Of a stretch of DNA of 64,000 nucleotides, positions 30,397-40,802 are shown piece after piece; position 1 is the stretch's first letter; the number at the start of each line of letters is the position of its first letter. The position numbers and the translations under genes are program-made. The notes under the pieces were generated by a model that worked only from the letters and a program-made list of their open reading frames with translations, made no database searches and was not told where the DNA came from. Source of the DNA: Elusimicrobiota bacterium (lineage in GTDB: Bacteria > Elusimicrobiota > Elusimicrobia > Elusimicrobiales > UBA9959); contig JBAXKK010000002.1 in assembly GCA_037137395.1 (NCBI GenBank), positions 1 through 64,000 on the forward strand, read 5' to 3'.

Positions 30397-32019
30397 ATGA
30401 CTATATCCGATAAAGTTAAGAATATTTTCCCCTCTGAGAGCGATATCCCCGCGGAAGTCAGAGTCTCACCCCTTGAGCAGAAAGACTATCTTGTTAACGG
30501 AAAAATTAAGATCTGGCGAGGTCCGGCGCAGCAGGTCTTTTCGCCAGTCAGCCTTAAAGGCAAAAAAGGTTTAACGCGTAAATACCTGGGGTCCTATCCG
30601 CTGATGACGGAAAAAGACGCGCTGGAAGCCCTGGAAGCCGCGGTAAGAGCATACGACGAAGGCAAGGGCCCCTGGCCCGCGAGCACCGTTGAGGAGCGCA
30701 TCGCCTGCACGGAGGATTTCGTCTGCCGCATGAGAGAGAAACGGGGCGAGGTCGTCAGACTCCTCATGTGGGAGATAGGCAAATCGCTTGAGGACTCCGA
30801 AAAGGAATTCGACCGCACCGTTGATTACATCCTGGACACCCTTAACGCCATGAAAGAGCTGGACCGTGTTTCCTCCCGCCTGTCGCTGACCCAGGGCGTA
30901 ATCGCTCAGATCAAGAGGGCGCCGCTGGGCGTAGTTTTATGCATGGGCCCCTACAATTATCCCCTAAACGAAACCTTTACCACTTTGATACCGGCCATCC
31001 TCATGGGGAATACCGTGGTCTTCAAACCGCCGAAATACGGCGTCCTCCTGCATCGCCCTCTTTTGGAAGCTTTCCGCGACGCTTTCCCGAAAGGCGTGGT
31101 AAACACTATCTACGGCCAGGGCCGCAGGATTATAGGCCCCATTATGAAGACCGGCAGGATCAATATGTTGGCCTTTATAGGCTCAAGCAAGGTTGCCGAT
31201 ATTCTCAAGCAGCAGCACCCCGCGCCGCACCGCCTGCGCTGCGTGCTGGGCTTAGACGCCAAGAACGCCGGGATTATTTTGGCAGGCGCGGATATAGATC
31301 TGGCGGTAAAGGAGTCTCTTGCCGGCGCGCTGTCTTACAACGGCCAGCGCTGCACGGCCCTGAAAATACTGTTTGTGCACCGCTCAATACAGAACGAGTT
31401 CCTGGAAAAGCTGGTCACAGGGATAGATTGCCTGAAGGCCGGCATGCCCTGGGAGCCTGAAGTGAAAATAACTCCTCTGCCCGAAGACGAGAAGATTTCA
31501 TATCTGGCTGATGTAATAGCCGACGCCAAAAAACACGGCGCGAAAGTGATAAACGACAGCGGAGGTATGACCAACGGAAATTTCGTCCACCCCGCGGTGC
31601 TCTACCCGGCCAATAATAAAATGCGCCTATGGCGCGAGGAGCAGTTCGGCCCCGTTATCCCGGTGGTGCCTTTCGACGACATAAAAGAGCCGCTTAAATA
31701 TGTGGTTGATTCCGACTTCGGCCAGCAGGTAAGCGTCTTCGGTTCCGACGAAAACAATATCGGCCCGATGCTGGACACGCTGGTAAACCAGGTCTGCCGC
31801 GTGAACATAAACAGCCAGTGCCAGCGCGGCCCCGACGCCTTCCCATTTACCGGTCGCAAGGATTCTGCCGAGGGAACGTTGTCAGTTTCAGACGCCCTGC
31901 GGATTTTTTCAATCAGGACCCTGGTGGCGGCCAAGGATTCGGACGCCAATAAAAAGCTCATACGGAACATCATACGAAACCGCAGATCTAAGTTTTTATC
32001 TACTGATTTTATCCTGTAA
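30397..32019 (+). CDS. gapN: Non-phosphorylating NADP-dependent glyceraldehyde-3-phosphate dehydrogenase (ALDH family)
   Basis: GPYNYPLNE, FKPP, FIGSS, GQRCTA, EEQFGP and RGPDAFPFTGRKDS motifs. Confidence 0.88.
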   Translation: MTISDKVKNIFPSESDIPAEVRVSPLEQKDYLVNGKIKIWRGPAQQVFSPVSLKGKKGLTRKYLGSYPLMTEKDALEALEAAVRAYDEGKGPWPASTVEERIACTEDFVCRMREKRGEVVRLLMWEIGKSLEDSEKEFDRTVDYILDTLNAMKELDRVSSRLSLTQGVIAQIKRAPLGVVLCMGPYNYPLNETFTTLIPAILMGNTVVFKPPKYGVLLHRPLLEAFRDAFPKGVVNTIYGQGRRIIGPIMKTGRINMLAFIGSSKVADILKQQHPAPHRLRCVLGLDAKNAGIILAGADIDLAVKESLAGALSYNGQRCTALKILFVHRSIQNEFLEKLVTGIDCLKAGMPWEPEVKITPLPEDEKISYLADVIADAKKHGAKVINDSGGMTNGNFVHPAVLYPANNKMRLWREEQFGPVIPVVPFDDIKEPLKYVVDSDFGQQVSVFGSDENNIGPMLDTLVNQVCRVNINSQCQRGPDAFPFTGRKDSAEGTLSVSDALRIFSIRTLVAAKDSDANKKLIRNIIRNRRSKFLSTDFIL

Positions 32020-32679
32020 ATGGATTTACTTATGGAAAACGGGGAAATTTCCGGAATAACCGCAATATTAAAAAAGCACTACCCCAAAGCGGACTGCTCG
32101 CTGAACCATCACAGCCCTTTTGAGTTGCTGATATCAACCATACTTTCAGCACAATGCACCGACCAGCGCGTGAACATGGTAACGCCCATACTGTTCAAAA
32201 AATATCCCGGAGCGAAGCAAATGAGTTCGGCACCCATAAGGAATCTTGAAGCGATTATACGCTCCACCGGGTTTTACCACTCAAAGGCCCTGGCAATAAA
32301 AGAAACTTCCAGAGCCCTGACGGATAATTTCGGCGGAAAAGTACCGGTCGACATGGACAAACTTCTGACGCTTCGCGGCGTGGCCAGAAAAACGGCCAAT
32401 GTGGTTTTGGGCAGCGGCTACGGCATAGCCGCCGGCGTGGTGGTGGACACCCATGTAAAGCGCCTGGCATTCCGCCTGGGCCTGACCGGGGAAACTGATC
32501 CCATCCGAATAGAGAAAGATTTGATGGAGAAGATTGAAAAAAAAGATTGGATCTGGTTCGCGCACGCGCTTGTGCACCATGGCCGGGCCGTCTGCCAGGC
32601 CAGAAATCCGGATTGTCCCCACTGCGCCCTTAACAAACTGTGCCCCAGGAACGGAGTGAATGAGCGCCATAAGCCGTAG
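32020..32679 (+). CDS. nth: Endonuclease III
   Basis: LSAQCTD, HhH LRGVARKTANV, VDTHV and Cx6Cx2Cx5C motifs. Confidence 0.95.
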   Translation: MDLLMENGEISGITAILKKHYPKADCSLNHHSPFELLISTILSAQCTDQRVNMVTPILFKKYPGAKQMSSAPIRNLEAIIRSTGFYHSKALAIKETSRALTDNFGGKVPVDMDKLLTLRGVARKTANVVLGSGYGIAAGVVVDTHVKRLAFRLGLTGETDPIRIEKDLMEKIEKKDWIWFAHALVHHGRAVCQARNPDCPHCALNKLCPRNGVNERHKP

Positions 32680-32760
32680 GCCATTTGCCATAGGCTTTTT
32701 AGGAGTTCCAGGCAGTTAAGACAGCTCAGCGGCACAGCGATGCAGAGATCTAGCTAAATT

Positions 32761-32802
32761 GCAAAAAAGGACAGGCTGATATGAAGCCTGTCCTTTTTTT
32801 GC
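32761..32802. terminator. Bidirectional intrinsic terminator
   Basis: AAAAAAGGACAGGCT...AGCCTGTCCTTTTTTT between convergent genes. Confidence 0.85.
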
Positions 32803-32814
32803 GGCAATCCAGTT

Positions 32815-33672
32815 TTAAATGTTGGTAATGTCCTGGAAGATCACGCCGGCTCCGCTTACTTTTCCGTCAACGCTTTTTATATTTATGGAGCTGTAGCCGA
32901 TAATTTTGGTTTTGCCGTTGATGGCGTATTTAAACTCCTGCCGGCGCACGGTCTTGCCCTGTGTCAGCACGTCTCCGATGGCGCTGACAATATCCGGTGA
33001 GATTTGAAATATTGAAATGATATTTTTATTGAGATAATCATCGCCCACTTCAAATATTTCTTTGGCTTTAGGGTTGAAGAAGATAATCTTTCCGTCCAGG
33101 TCCACACCTATGAACCCGCCGGAGAGGTTATTGATGGTGCTTTCCCCTTTTAGACTAAACTGCTTAATGGTCGTTTCCAAGCGCCCCGTGTAGATATCTC
33201 GGGCCGCGCAATGCGTAATTATCGATGCCAGATCCAGATCCTGCGCGCTAAAAGCCCCTTGCGAGCAATTAATAAATTCTACCACGCCAAGAAGCTTGCC
33301 GCCGGCAACAGCGGGAACGGCCAAGATATCTCTGGTCTTAAATCCCGTGCCATAATCTACTTTATTGGTGAAACGCAAATCCGCCTCCACATCGCTCACC
33401 AGAATAGGTTTACGGGTTTGGGCGCACCAGCCGGCTATACCCTGATAGCCGAAGCTGACACCAGTCAGACTCGCACTCACCGGTCCGATGCATTGCTTGA
33501 AAGTGAGGGTCTTTTTAGCCTCGTCCGCTTCTAAATAGGTGGCGGCCTGACAGCCTATAACGGAAGACGTTTTTCTTATAAGGTAATCCCAAAGTTCATC
33601 TTCGGTTTTGGCCTTGCCGGAGGAAAAATCCTCAAACATTCCGTACAGCATAGAAAAATAATCGCGATTCAT
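32815..33672 (-). CDS. GAF plus PAS sensory protein without an output domain
   Basis: GAF (GIAGW, DLRF, TRDILAVP, LGVVEFIN); PAS (VDLDGKIIFFNPKAKEIF...VIFQDIT); stop follows immediately. Confidence 0.8.
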   Translation of the reverse strand: MNRDYFSMLYGMFEDFSSGKAKTEDELWDYLIRKTSSVIGCQAATYLEADEAKKTLTFKQCIGPVSASLTGVSFGYQGIAGWCAQTRKPILVSDVEADLRFTNKVDYGTGFKTRDILAVPAVAGGKLLGVVEFINCSQGAFSAQDLDLASIITHCAARDIYTGRLETTIKQFSLKGESTINNLSGGFIGVDLDGKIIFFNPKAKEIFEVGDDYLNKNIISIFQISPDIVSAIGDVLTQGKTVRRQEFKYAINGKTKIIGYSSINIKSVDGKVSGAGVIFQDITNI

Positions 33673-35570
33673 TTTTTCACCTTTTTGGCAGGGAGCCCCC
33701 CGCTCTTTTGATTAGACACAGCCGGCGCGGGGGCGATCCCCGATACGGGCTTTGCCTTTGTATCCGGCTTTCGGATCAAGTGTTCCGCGCCGGAAGGGAC
33801 GGGGCGGGGGCGCACCTTGAAGAAGTCAAGCACACCCGCAGCTATCGTCTCCGCCAGCCTGGCCTGAAAGACCGGAGTATTAAGCATTTCTTCCTGCTCC
33901 GGCATGATCATATAAGCGCTCTCAATAAGCACAGCCGGCATAGAGGTCATGCGGGCCACGGCATAGTCGCCGAAGCGCAGGCCTTCATCCGGCAACGGAA
34001 TATTTTTAAGATAGGAACGGTGAATAGCTCTGGCCAGTCCGTAACTATGCCGCTGATAATGATACACCGCGAAACCCCTGGGCTGAGAAAACGGGTCCTC
34101 ACCGTCGCCGATAGCGTTGTTGTGAAGGCTGATATAGATATCGCCTTTATAATCCTTGGCCATTTTTGGCCTGTCCGCCAGCTGAACATTCTCGTCTCCG
34201 TAGCGAGTCATAAAGACAGTCGCGCCCAGGCTGGCGAGCGCGTCTTTTAATTTATCGGCCGTAACGCGGTTGACCTGATACTCAAGAGTTCCCATGGGGC
34301 CGATGGCTCCGTCGTAGGGCTGCACCAGCTTGGGAGAATGTCCGGGGTCCAGCACCACCCGCAGGCCGGCCAGCGGCCTAGGCCAGGTTCCGGACACGGA
34401 CGGCATCCGCTTAAGATCCACGTTAAGGGCGCGCGTGCCGGGGATTACATCATAGCCTCCCAATTCTGAACCGGGCGCGAATTCAAAATCCACGGCAACA
34501 GTGTTCTCCGCGATCTGCGAAAAGCGCACCTGTCGCACAAAGGTATCCGAAGAATCATAGACAACATAGTTGCTGTGCAGCTTGGTGTAATAAAGCGTTA
34601 GCCGCAGCGAATTCTCACGCTCCTCGGCGGCATACGCAGCCGGATACGGCATAGTGATGGAGGCTGTTGCGCCGGTCTCGGTCTTCTTAAGACGGATAGC
34701 GCCGGTCTCGTTCTGAGGAACGAAAGCCGTATCGGCGGCGATCTCCACCTTTGAATCGTCAACCCATCCGGTCTCGGATGACGATAGCCTGATGCGGCGG
34801 CTGTTGCCCAATCTGCCGTCTGAAACCAGCTTTACGTTTTTGGGAAGGAACACCATGTAACCGGAATCTACGCCGTTGCGGAGTATCACGGTATCAGTGG
34901 AAGTCTCGACAATTACAGGATTCCTGAGAATGCTGATATGTCTCTTTGAAATCGCGCGCGCGCCGGATGCGAAAAGTCCGGTTTTAAACTTCACTCTCAG
35001 TTCGGTTTTGTCGGCCTCGTCGGAATCTTTTACGCGGTAGGCTCCAAAATAGCGGCCGGAGCCGGGAGGCAGTTCCTTCATTTCAACATCCCGCGCCACG
35101 TTCTTTATAGTGAACGCGGCGACGCGGCCGGGAGTGCCGGCGGCTTGCACATCGATATAATCTCCCGGCGAAAGGTCGAGATCTGCCAACGGGGATATCA
35201 GTTCAAGGCGCAAGCCCCCGGCGGAAATAGCGGGCTGGGGGCTGGTCCTGATCTTTATCTTTCTGGAGTAAGTTACGGTGGCGCCGTTTAAAAGTTCGCA
35301 TTTAAAAATAAAATTCCCCTCGCTGACCGGCAGATATGCGATGAATCCGCCGTTCCTATAGACATTTATCTTAGTCCCGTTTATGTAAAACGGCGCTGTG
35401 GGAGGCTTTATATTTCCGAAAATAAAGGTATTCTTCACGGACGGGAGAATATCTCCCTCCGATGGATATGTAACTATTATTTCCCCGGCCCGCGCCGCCC
35501 CCGTGGAAAGGCAGGCGAGGACGGTTAAAGTCAGAAAAGTGGAGCGAAGTTTCATATCAAGTATTTTCAT
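33669..35570 (-). CDS. N-acetylmuramoyl-L-alanine amidase (Amidase_3)
   Basis: Signal peptide; VVLDPGH, YISLHNNA and PAVLIESAY motifs. Confidence 0.88.
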   Translation of the reverse strand: MKILDMKLRSTFLTLTVLACLSTGAARAGEIIVTYPSEGDILPSVKNTFIFGNIKPPTAPFYINGTKINVYRNGGFIAYLPVSEGNFIFKCELLNGATVTYSRKIKIRTSPQPAISAGGLRLELISPLADLDLSPGDYIDVQAAGTPGRVAAFTIKNVARDVEMKELPPGSGRYFGAYRVKDSDEADKTELRVKFKTGLFASGARAISKRHISILRNPVIVETSTDTVILRNGVDSGYMVFLPKNVKLVSDGRLGNSRRIRLSSSETGWVDDSKVEIAADTAFVPQNETGAIRLKKTETGATASITMPYPAAYAAEERENSLRLTLYYTKLHSNYVVYDSSDTFVRQVRFSQIAENTVAVDFEFAPGSELGGYDVIPGTRALNVDLKRMPSVSGTWPRPLAGLRVVLDPGHSPKLVQPYDGAIGPMGTLEYQVNRVTADKLKDALASLGATVFMTRYGDENVQLADRPKMAKDYKGDIYISLHNNAIGDGEDPFSQPRGFAVYHYQRHSYGLARAIHRSYLKNIPLPDEGLRFGDYAVARMTSMPAVLIESAYMIMPEQEEMLNTPVFQARLAETIAAGVLDFFKVRPRPVPSGAEHLIRKPDTKAKPVSGIAPAPAVSNQKSGGLPAKKVKK

Positions 35571-35615
35571 TATAATATATTTTAGCCCCTCTAATTTTTT
35601 AAGGTGATTGCAAAA

Positions 35616-36830
35616 TCAACCCTTAGGCAGAGGCGAGCGAACGGGGGAAGGTTCCTCACTTACGGCCATAGCCGCAGCGAAACCGGCGATGGCTAGAAGT
35701 GATGCGGCCATAAAAACTGATTTGTAGCCATAAGCGGCCCAAAGTATACCGCCCAACGCCGGCATCAGCATCGAGACCGCGTGATCCATGGTAACACCCA
35801 TCGACAATGTCGGGGCTATATCAGATTTATGCACTGCCAGCTTATTAAGGTATGTGGTACGCGCTATGCGCGTGGCGAACATCAGGCTGTCCAGTATAAA
35901 CAGCGCGTATAAAAACGGCCTGAAAGTTGAGAAGGCGAAACCGCCGCATATTATCAGCAGAATAAGCGCGTCCGCTATAAACATTTTACGCTCGCCAATT
36001 TTGTCTACGAGCACGCCGAAGGCCTGCCGAAATACCACTCCCAGGAAATAGGCGGTCATAGACAGCGCCGCCATAATGGCCGGGTTCGCGCCATAAACCG
36101 TCACCAGCACCCACGGCGCGAAGGTTAGAAATATCTGTTTTCGCGCCCCAAATAGTATATTCAGCAGATAAAACCATCTGTATTTCCATCTAAAAACAAA
36201 ACGTTTACCGCCGGCAACAGCGTCCTCTCCGTCTTCTTTCATTCGCGAAAAAAGAAAAGCCGAAACCACCGAGGCCAGCGCCGCCGCCAGGAAAGCCCAC
36301 TGATAAAGCTTCGGGGCCGCCGTCTTCGCGAGCAGCCATACCAGCCCGGCGCCGGCTATGGCCGCGAAATTGGTTATGCCGCTTATCTGGCCCAGCCTGC
36401 GCCCGTGCCCTCCCTCCCTGGCGAAGCGCAGGCCCATCACGCTCTCCACAGTCATAAAAAGGTGACCGCCGGTGCTCCACAGAAGCATCCACACCAGCAT
36501 CAAATGGTACGACGGCGACAGGAAACCCAGCCCCGCCACGCCCACCGCGGTAAGCAAACTTGTTATAACCGCCCATTGCCGCACCGGCAAAGCCGCAAGC
36601 CCGCCGGTGACAAAAATAAGCATAAAGCCGGGGAACTCGCGCGGGAACTCCAGGAAGCCGCGCTGGCTGGCTGACATCCTGAAAGAGTCGTTTAGGTAGT
36701 TGTTGAAAGCTGAAGAGATGATGCCGGAATTTATTCCCAGAAAGAACACACCGGCAAGGAAAGCCTTTAGAGCGGGGTCGGCATTGTTCCACCGGCCATA
36801 TATTTTAGAGGCGTACAATGTTAGAGGCAT
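35616..36830 (-). CDS. MFS transporter
   Basis: About 12 hydrophobic segments; RGFLEFPREFPG and GARKQIF motifs. Confidence 0.82.
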   Translation of the reverse strand: MPLTLYASKIYGRWNNADPALKAFLAGVFFLGINSGIISSAFNNYLNDSFRMSASQRGFLEFPREFPGFMLIFVTGGLAALPVRQWAVITSLLTAVGVAGLGFLSPSYHLMLVWMLLWSTGGHLFMTVESVMGLRFAREGGHGRRLGQISGITNFAAIAGAGLVWLLAKTAAPKLYQWAFLAAALASVVSAFLFSRMKEDGEDAVAGGKRFVFRWKYRWFYLLNILFGARKQIFLTFAPWVLVTVYGANPAIMAALSMTAYFLGVVFRQAFGVLVDKIGERKMFIADALILLIICGGFAFSTFRPFLYALFILDSLMFATRIARTTYLNKLAVHKSDIAPTLSMGVTMDHAVSMLMPALGGILWAAYGYKSVFMAASLLAIAGFAAAMAVSEEPSPVRSPLPKG

Positions 36831-36831
36831 A

Positions 36832-36930
36832 GCAGTCTGGAGGTAAAGCAGTTTAGATGTAAAGCAATTTAGCCAAATTGCCGGCGGGCTGTGCCTCTAA
36901 GTTGCTAGACGGCTTTGCGTCTAAATTGCC
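36832..36930. repeat. 16-nt-unit palindromic intergenic element, family B
   Basis: GCAGTTTAGATGTAAA-type units followed by inverse CTTTGCGTCTAAATTG-type units; related to 39737-39912. Confidence 0.75.
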
Positions 36931-37141
36931 AGTTTTATTTCCAGGATACGGTCAACTCTAAAAATCCATTCTCCATGTCGGTCGAGCCAGAAACAATCCA
37001 GACCAACGCCCCCCCCCTCACGGAAACCCGGCGATAAAACCTTTCCGCAATTATACCATTTAGGCGCACCAGCCAAAGTGACGGAGCGGCCCTGTAATAT
37101 TTTTGCCCTGCGACGCAGTTGTTATCTATAATCAGAAGCAT

Positions 37142-38353
37142 ATGAATATCTCCAGATTTAAAATTATCGCGATACTGCTCGCGGTCTTCGTGGCGGGCGC
37201 GGGGGTATTCGCCTATATAAAATATAAGAAGTTTTCCGGCTATCTCATAGAACAGATAAATTCACAGACTGGCAAGAAACTTGGGCGACAGGTTAAATTT
37301 AAAAAAATATCTTTTTCACCATTGGAAGGCGTTGTAATAGACGAGCCCTGCGTCTCCCGGGCGCCTAACTTCACAAAGGGCAATTTCTTTTGCGCGGCGC
37401 GGGCCGTGATACGGCCGGAGCTCGACCAGTTGATGAAGAACCGCCTGTATTTCGCGAACATTGAGCTTGAAAAACCGGTGGTAAAGATCCGGGAAACCGG
37501 AGGCAAATGGGATTTTGAAGATCTACTGGCCCTGCTGCCAAAAACTTCCAAGGGGCTCTACATAACCTGGAACGCCCGCAAACTGACGCTTAAGGAAGCG
37601 ACACTGGAAATGGATTTAGGCTCTTCCGGCAACTCGATAGCTTTTGAGAACGCCGATCTCACATTGCTTCACTACTCCGACCTGGCCGGGAATTTCTCGT
37701 TAAGTTTGAGCGGCGACCTGAAGACCATCCTTCAGGGGCAGCTGGTAACTGCTAAAACCTCTTTTAGGACCGACCTCAATTTTGAATACACAGGGCTGAC
37801 CTCCGCTTACGGCGGGGTGGAATTCAGCGACGCGGCCATGGGCGCCGCCACGCTTAGAAAAGCCTCCCTTAACTGGGAACTATTTAACATACACAAGCCG
37901 GCGCCGGAAAAGAACTATACCGCCGGAGCTAAGGCGGAAGGGCTTTTCATCCCGGCCCAGAGTTGCGGCGCCTCACGGTCGGTTAACAGCGCCCTGGCGC
38001 TGCTCTCCGAAATTATGGGTAAAGCGAGCCCAAGATGCGAAGACATAGAGATGACCAGTCTGGCGCTGGATTTTGCCCTGAACGACGGCGCGCTGCGCGT
38101 AAAGCAACTGAACCTGGACACAAATTTTCTGAATCTAAAAACCACATATGAGCTTAACGGCCCGGCCGGCACCGTGGATATGGCGCTAGCCGCCTCCTCC
38201 GGCGAAAACAAACTGCGCCTTACGGCCAAAGGCGCTATGGATAAACCCGAAATACTGCCGGTTATGTCCGTCACCCTTAACCGCAAATTGATCGGTGTCG
38301 TGCGTGATATCAACGCCGCATTCTTGAAAGCATTCCCGATTGCTGGCAAGTGA
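37142..38353 (+). CDS. AsmA family protein
   Basis: N-terminal TM anchor, LGRQVKF, IELEKPVVKI..GKWDFEDL; beta-rich. Confidence 0.7.
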   Translation: MNISRFKIIAILLAVFVAGAGVFAYIKYKKFSGYLIEQINSQTGKKLGRQVKFKKISFSPLEGVVIDEPCVSRAPNFTKGNFFCAARAVIRPELDQLMKNRLYFANIELEKPVVKIRETGGKWDFEDLLALLPKTSKGLYITWNARKLTLKEATLEMDLGSSGNSIAFENADLTLLHYSDLAGNFSLSLSGDLKTILQGQLVTAKTSFRTDLNFEYTGLTSAYGGVEFSDAAMGAATLRKASLNWELFNIHKPAPEKNYTAGAKAEGLFIPAQSCGASRSVNSALALLSEIMGKASPRCEDIEMTSLALDFALNDGALRVKQLNLDTNFLNLKTTYELNGPAGTVDMALAASSGENKLRLTAKGAMDKPEILPVMSVTLNRKLIGVVRDINAAFLKAFPIAGK

Positions 38354-38368
38354 CAGGAGAAAAAAGAA

Positions 38369-39733
38369 ATGTCTAAAAAAGTCCTTATCATCGGCTCAGG
38401 ACCCGCCGGCTATCCGGCAGCTTTACGACTGAAGGAACTGGGGGCCGAACCTACAATCGTGGAATCCTGGGATTTTGGCGGCACCTGCCTAAATCGCGGC
38501 TGCATCCCTTCAAAATCACTGCTTGACGTCGGATACCGGGTCCAGTCCATGGATGTGCTGAAAGGATTGATGCCCAACGGCAAAACCCTTGATTTCAACC
38601 CTAATATGCTCTCCTGGGATAAAATAAAGGCCCGCCGCTCAGCCGCCGTGGAAAAACTCCGCACCTCGCTTGAAAAACTGTTTCAGATGAAAAAAATTGA
38701 GGTAATGCGCGGCAAAGCGGCGTTCACCGGACCGAATGAAGCGACCATCGCCACGACCGCGGGCCCTGTAGTCAAAAGTTTCGATTTCGCCATCATAGCT
38801 TCCGGCACAAGGCCGGGGTTTCCCCCGCCTTTTGACGCTTTCAGGGCGCAGCTGACCGATTCCGACCGCGTATTCGATCTGGCGAAGTTCCCCAAATCCA
38901 TCACAATCGTCGGCGGCGGCGTCATCGGGCTTGAATTCGCCTGTTTCTTCAATTCGCTGGGCGCGGAGGTGTCGATCGTGGAGCTTATGCCCAACATCCT
39001 GGCCGGAGAGGATGACACTGTTGTGCGAACGCTTAAAACTTCTTTTGAGAAACGCGGCATAAAATTTTATCTCGGCAAAAAAACCGCCGGAGTGGAAATC
39101 GGCGCCGGAATGAAAACCCTTATATTGGACGACGGCTCAAAGATCGTATCGGAAGAAGTGCTGGTAGGCGCGGGACGATACGCGGATCTTTCCCAATTTG
39201 GCCTTGAGAACCTAGGCCTGAAGTGGGACCGTAAAGGCGTAAAGGTCAACGCTGGCATGCGCACCGAGCTGGAAAATATCTATGCAGCCGGGGACATCAA
39301 CGGCATTTCGCTGCTGGCTCATTCCGCCACCCGGCAGGGCGAAATAGCGGCTGAAAATATTATGGGCGCGAGCCGCGTATTTGACGAGGGGATCGTTCCC
39401 AAATGCATTTACACCTGGCCCGAGGTGGCTACTGTAGGCATAAACAAAGCCCAGGCCGAAATAGGTGGGCTTGCCGTCAAAACTTCCCGGGCGTATTTTC
39501 TCGGCATAGGCAAGGCCGTGACGCACGATGAAACGGAAGGCTTCGCCCAGATAGTTTACGACGCGGCCGATGAGACTATCCTGGGCGCCCAGATAGTGGG
39601 CGGGACAGCCACCGAGCTGATACATCTGCTGGCAGTGGCCGTCAAGTTCAAGCTGAAGCGTCAGGACATGCGTGAGATCATCTACGCTCACCCCACAATG
39701 GCTGAAGTTATACACGAGGCGCTCAATAAGTAG
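38369..39733 (+). CDS. lpdA: Dihydrolipoyl dehydrogenase
   Basis: GSGPAG, GGTCLNRGCIPSK, GGGVIGLE and HPTMAE motifs. Confidence 0.93.
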   Translation: MSKKVLIIGSGPAGYPAALRLKELGAEPTIVESWDFGGTCLNRGCIPSKSLLDVGYRVQSMDVLKGLMPNGKTLDFNPNMLSWDKIKARRSAAVEKLRTSLEKLFQMKKIEVMRGKAAFTGPNEATIATTAGPVVKSFDFAIIASGTRPGFPPPFDAFRAQLTDSDRVFDLAKFPKSITIVGGGVIGLEFACFFNSLGAEVSIVELMPNILAGEDDTVVRTLKTSFEKRGIKFYLGKKTAGVEIGAGMKTLILDDGSKIVSEEVLVGAGRYADLSQFGLENLGLKWDRKGVKVNAGMRTELENIYAAGDINGISLLAHSATRQGEIAAENIMGASRVFDEGIVPKCIYTWPEVATVGINKAQAEIGGLAVKTSRAYFLGIGKAVTHDETEGFAQIVYDAADETILGAQIVGGTATELIHLLAVAVKFKLKRQDMREIIYAHPTMAEVIHEALNK

Positions 39734-39736
39734 AGG

Positions 39737-39912
39737 CACAGCCATTTAGCAACTTAGATGCAAAGCAGGCTGGCAATTTAGACGCAAAGCAATTCAGTAA
39801 TTTAGCTAGAGCGCTTTGCTTCTAGATGGCTTTACATCCAAACAGCTTTGCCTCTAAGTTGCTTTACATCCAAACTGCTTTGCCTCTAAATTGCTTTGCC
39901 GCTAGACCGCTT
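39737..39912. repeat. 16-nt-unit palindromic intergenic element, family B
   Basis: Six tandem degenerate 16-mers at 39814-39909 (e.g. CTTTGCCTCTAAATTG), preceded by reverse-complement units. Confidence 0.85.
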
Positions 39913-39926
39913 CGCATATCCATTTT

Positions 39927-40697
39927 ATGTCTATAAAAATTTTATCTTGGAACGTTAATGGCTACCGGTCAATCCTTAATAAAGGGTTCAGGGAATTCCT
40001 TGCAACCTCAGGGACAGATATCATTGGTCTACAGGAGATAAAAGCCAGTCCGGAGCAGCTGAAGCCGGAAGACATGGCTTTCGCGGGCTATGAGTCGCGA
40101 TGGAACCCCGCCGAACGGAAAGGTTACAGCGGCGTAGCGGCTTTTTTCAAAACCCAACCGCTCTCAGTTTCCTGCGGGATGGGTATCGGGGAATACGACA
40201 TCGAAGGCCGGGTCATATCGCTGGAGTATCCGGCCTTTCATCTCTTAAATGTTTATTTTCCTAACGGCGGACAGGGCCCAGAACGACTGGCCTATAAGCT
40301 TAATTTTTATGAGGCTTTCCTGAAACATATCGAGACCCTGCGCAAAACCGGCAAGGCTGTTATTTTCTGCGGAGATATCAACACAGCTCACCGGGAAATA
40401 GATTTGGCCAGGCCTAAAGAAAACGCAAACAATTCCGGCTTCATGTCCATTGAACGGGCCTGGCTGGATAAAATTACCGCCATGGGCTGGGTGGACACCT
40501 TTCGCCTTTTTCATCCGGAACCTGACAATTACACCTGGTGGGACTATAAAACGCGCGCCCGCGAACGCAATGTAGGCTGGCGAATAGATTACTTTTTTAT
40601 AAATAAAGAGAAGCAAGATCTCGTAAAAGAGGCATTCATACTCCCGCAGATCCAGGGCTCCGACCACTGCCCCGCAGGATTAACTCTGGACCTGTGA
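39927..40697 (+). CDS. xth: Exodeoxyribonuclease III
   Basis: SWNVNG, LQEIK, GYSGVA, GDINTAH, GWRIDY and SDHCP motifs. Confidence 0.95.
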   Translation: MSIKILSWNVNGYRSILNKGFREFLATSGTDIIGLQEIKASPEQLKPEDMAFAGYESRWNPAERKGYSGVAAFFKTQPLSVSCGMGIGEYDIEGRVISLEYPAFHLLNVYFPNGGQGPERLAYKLNFYEAFLKHIETLRKTGKAVIFCGDINTAHREIDLARPKENANNSGFMSIERAWLDKITAMGWVDTFRLFHPEPDNYTWWDYKTRARERNVGWRIDYFFINKEKQDLVKEAFILPQIQGSDHCPAGLTLDL

Positions 40698-40802
40698 CCT
40701 GACAGAGATTTATTGCGAGTGAATGGACCATCATATTTTCCAATTTGCCACTCGCAATTAAAAGTTGTATGCTTAAAACTTAAGCATGTTTGAGGGGGAA
40801 AA

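Noticed and set aside
36935..37141. 68-aa ORF and C9 tract as a phase-variable gene
   Set aside because: It spans a divergent promoter region and has no RBS or recognisable motif.
39737..39912. CRISPR array
   Set aside because: Units are contiguous degenerate 16-mers with no unique spacers, and there are no cas genes in the window.
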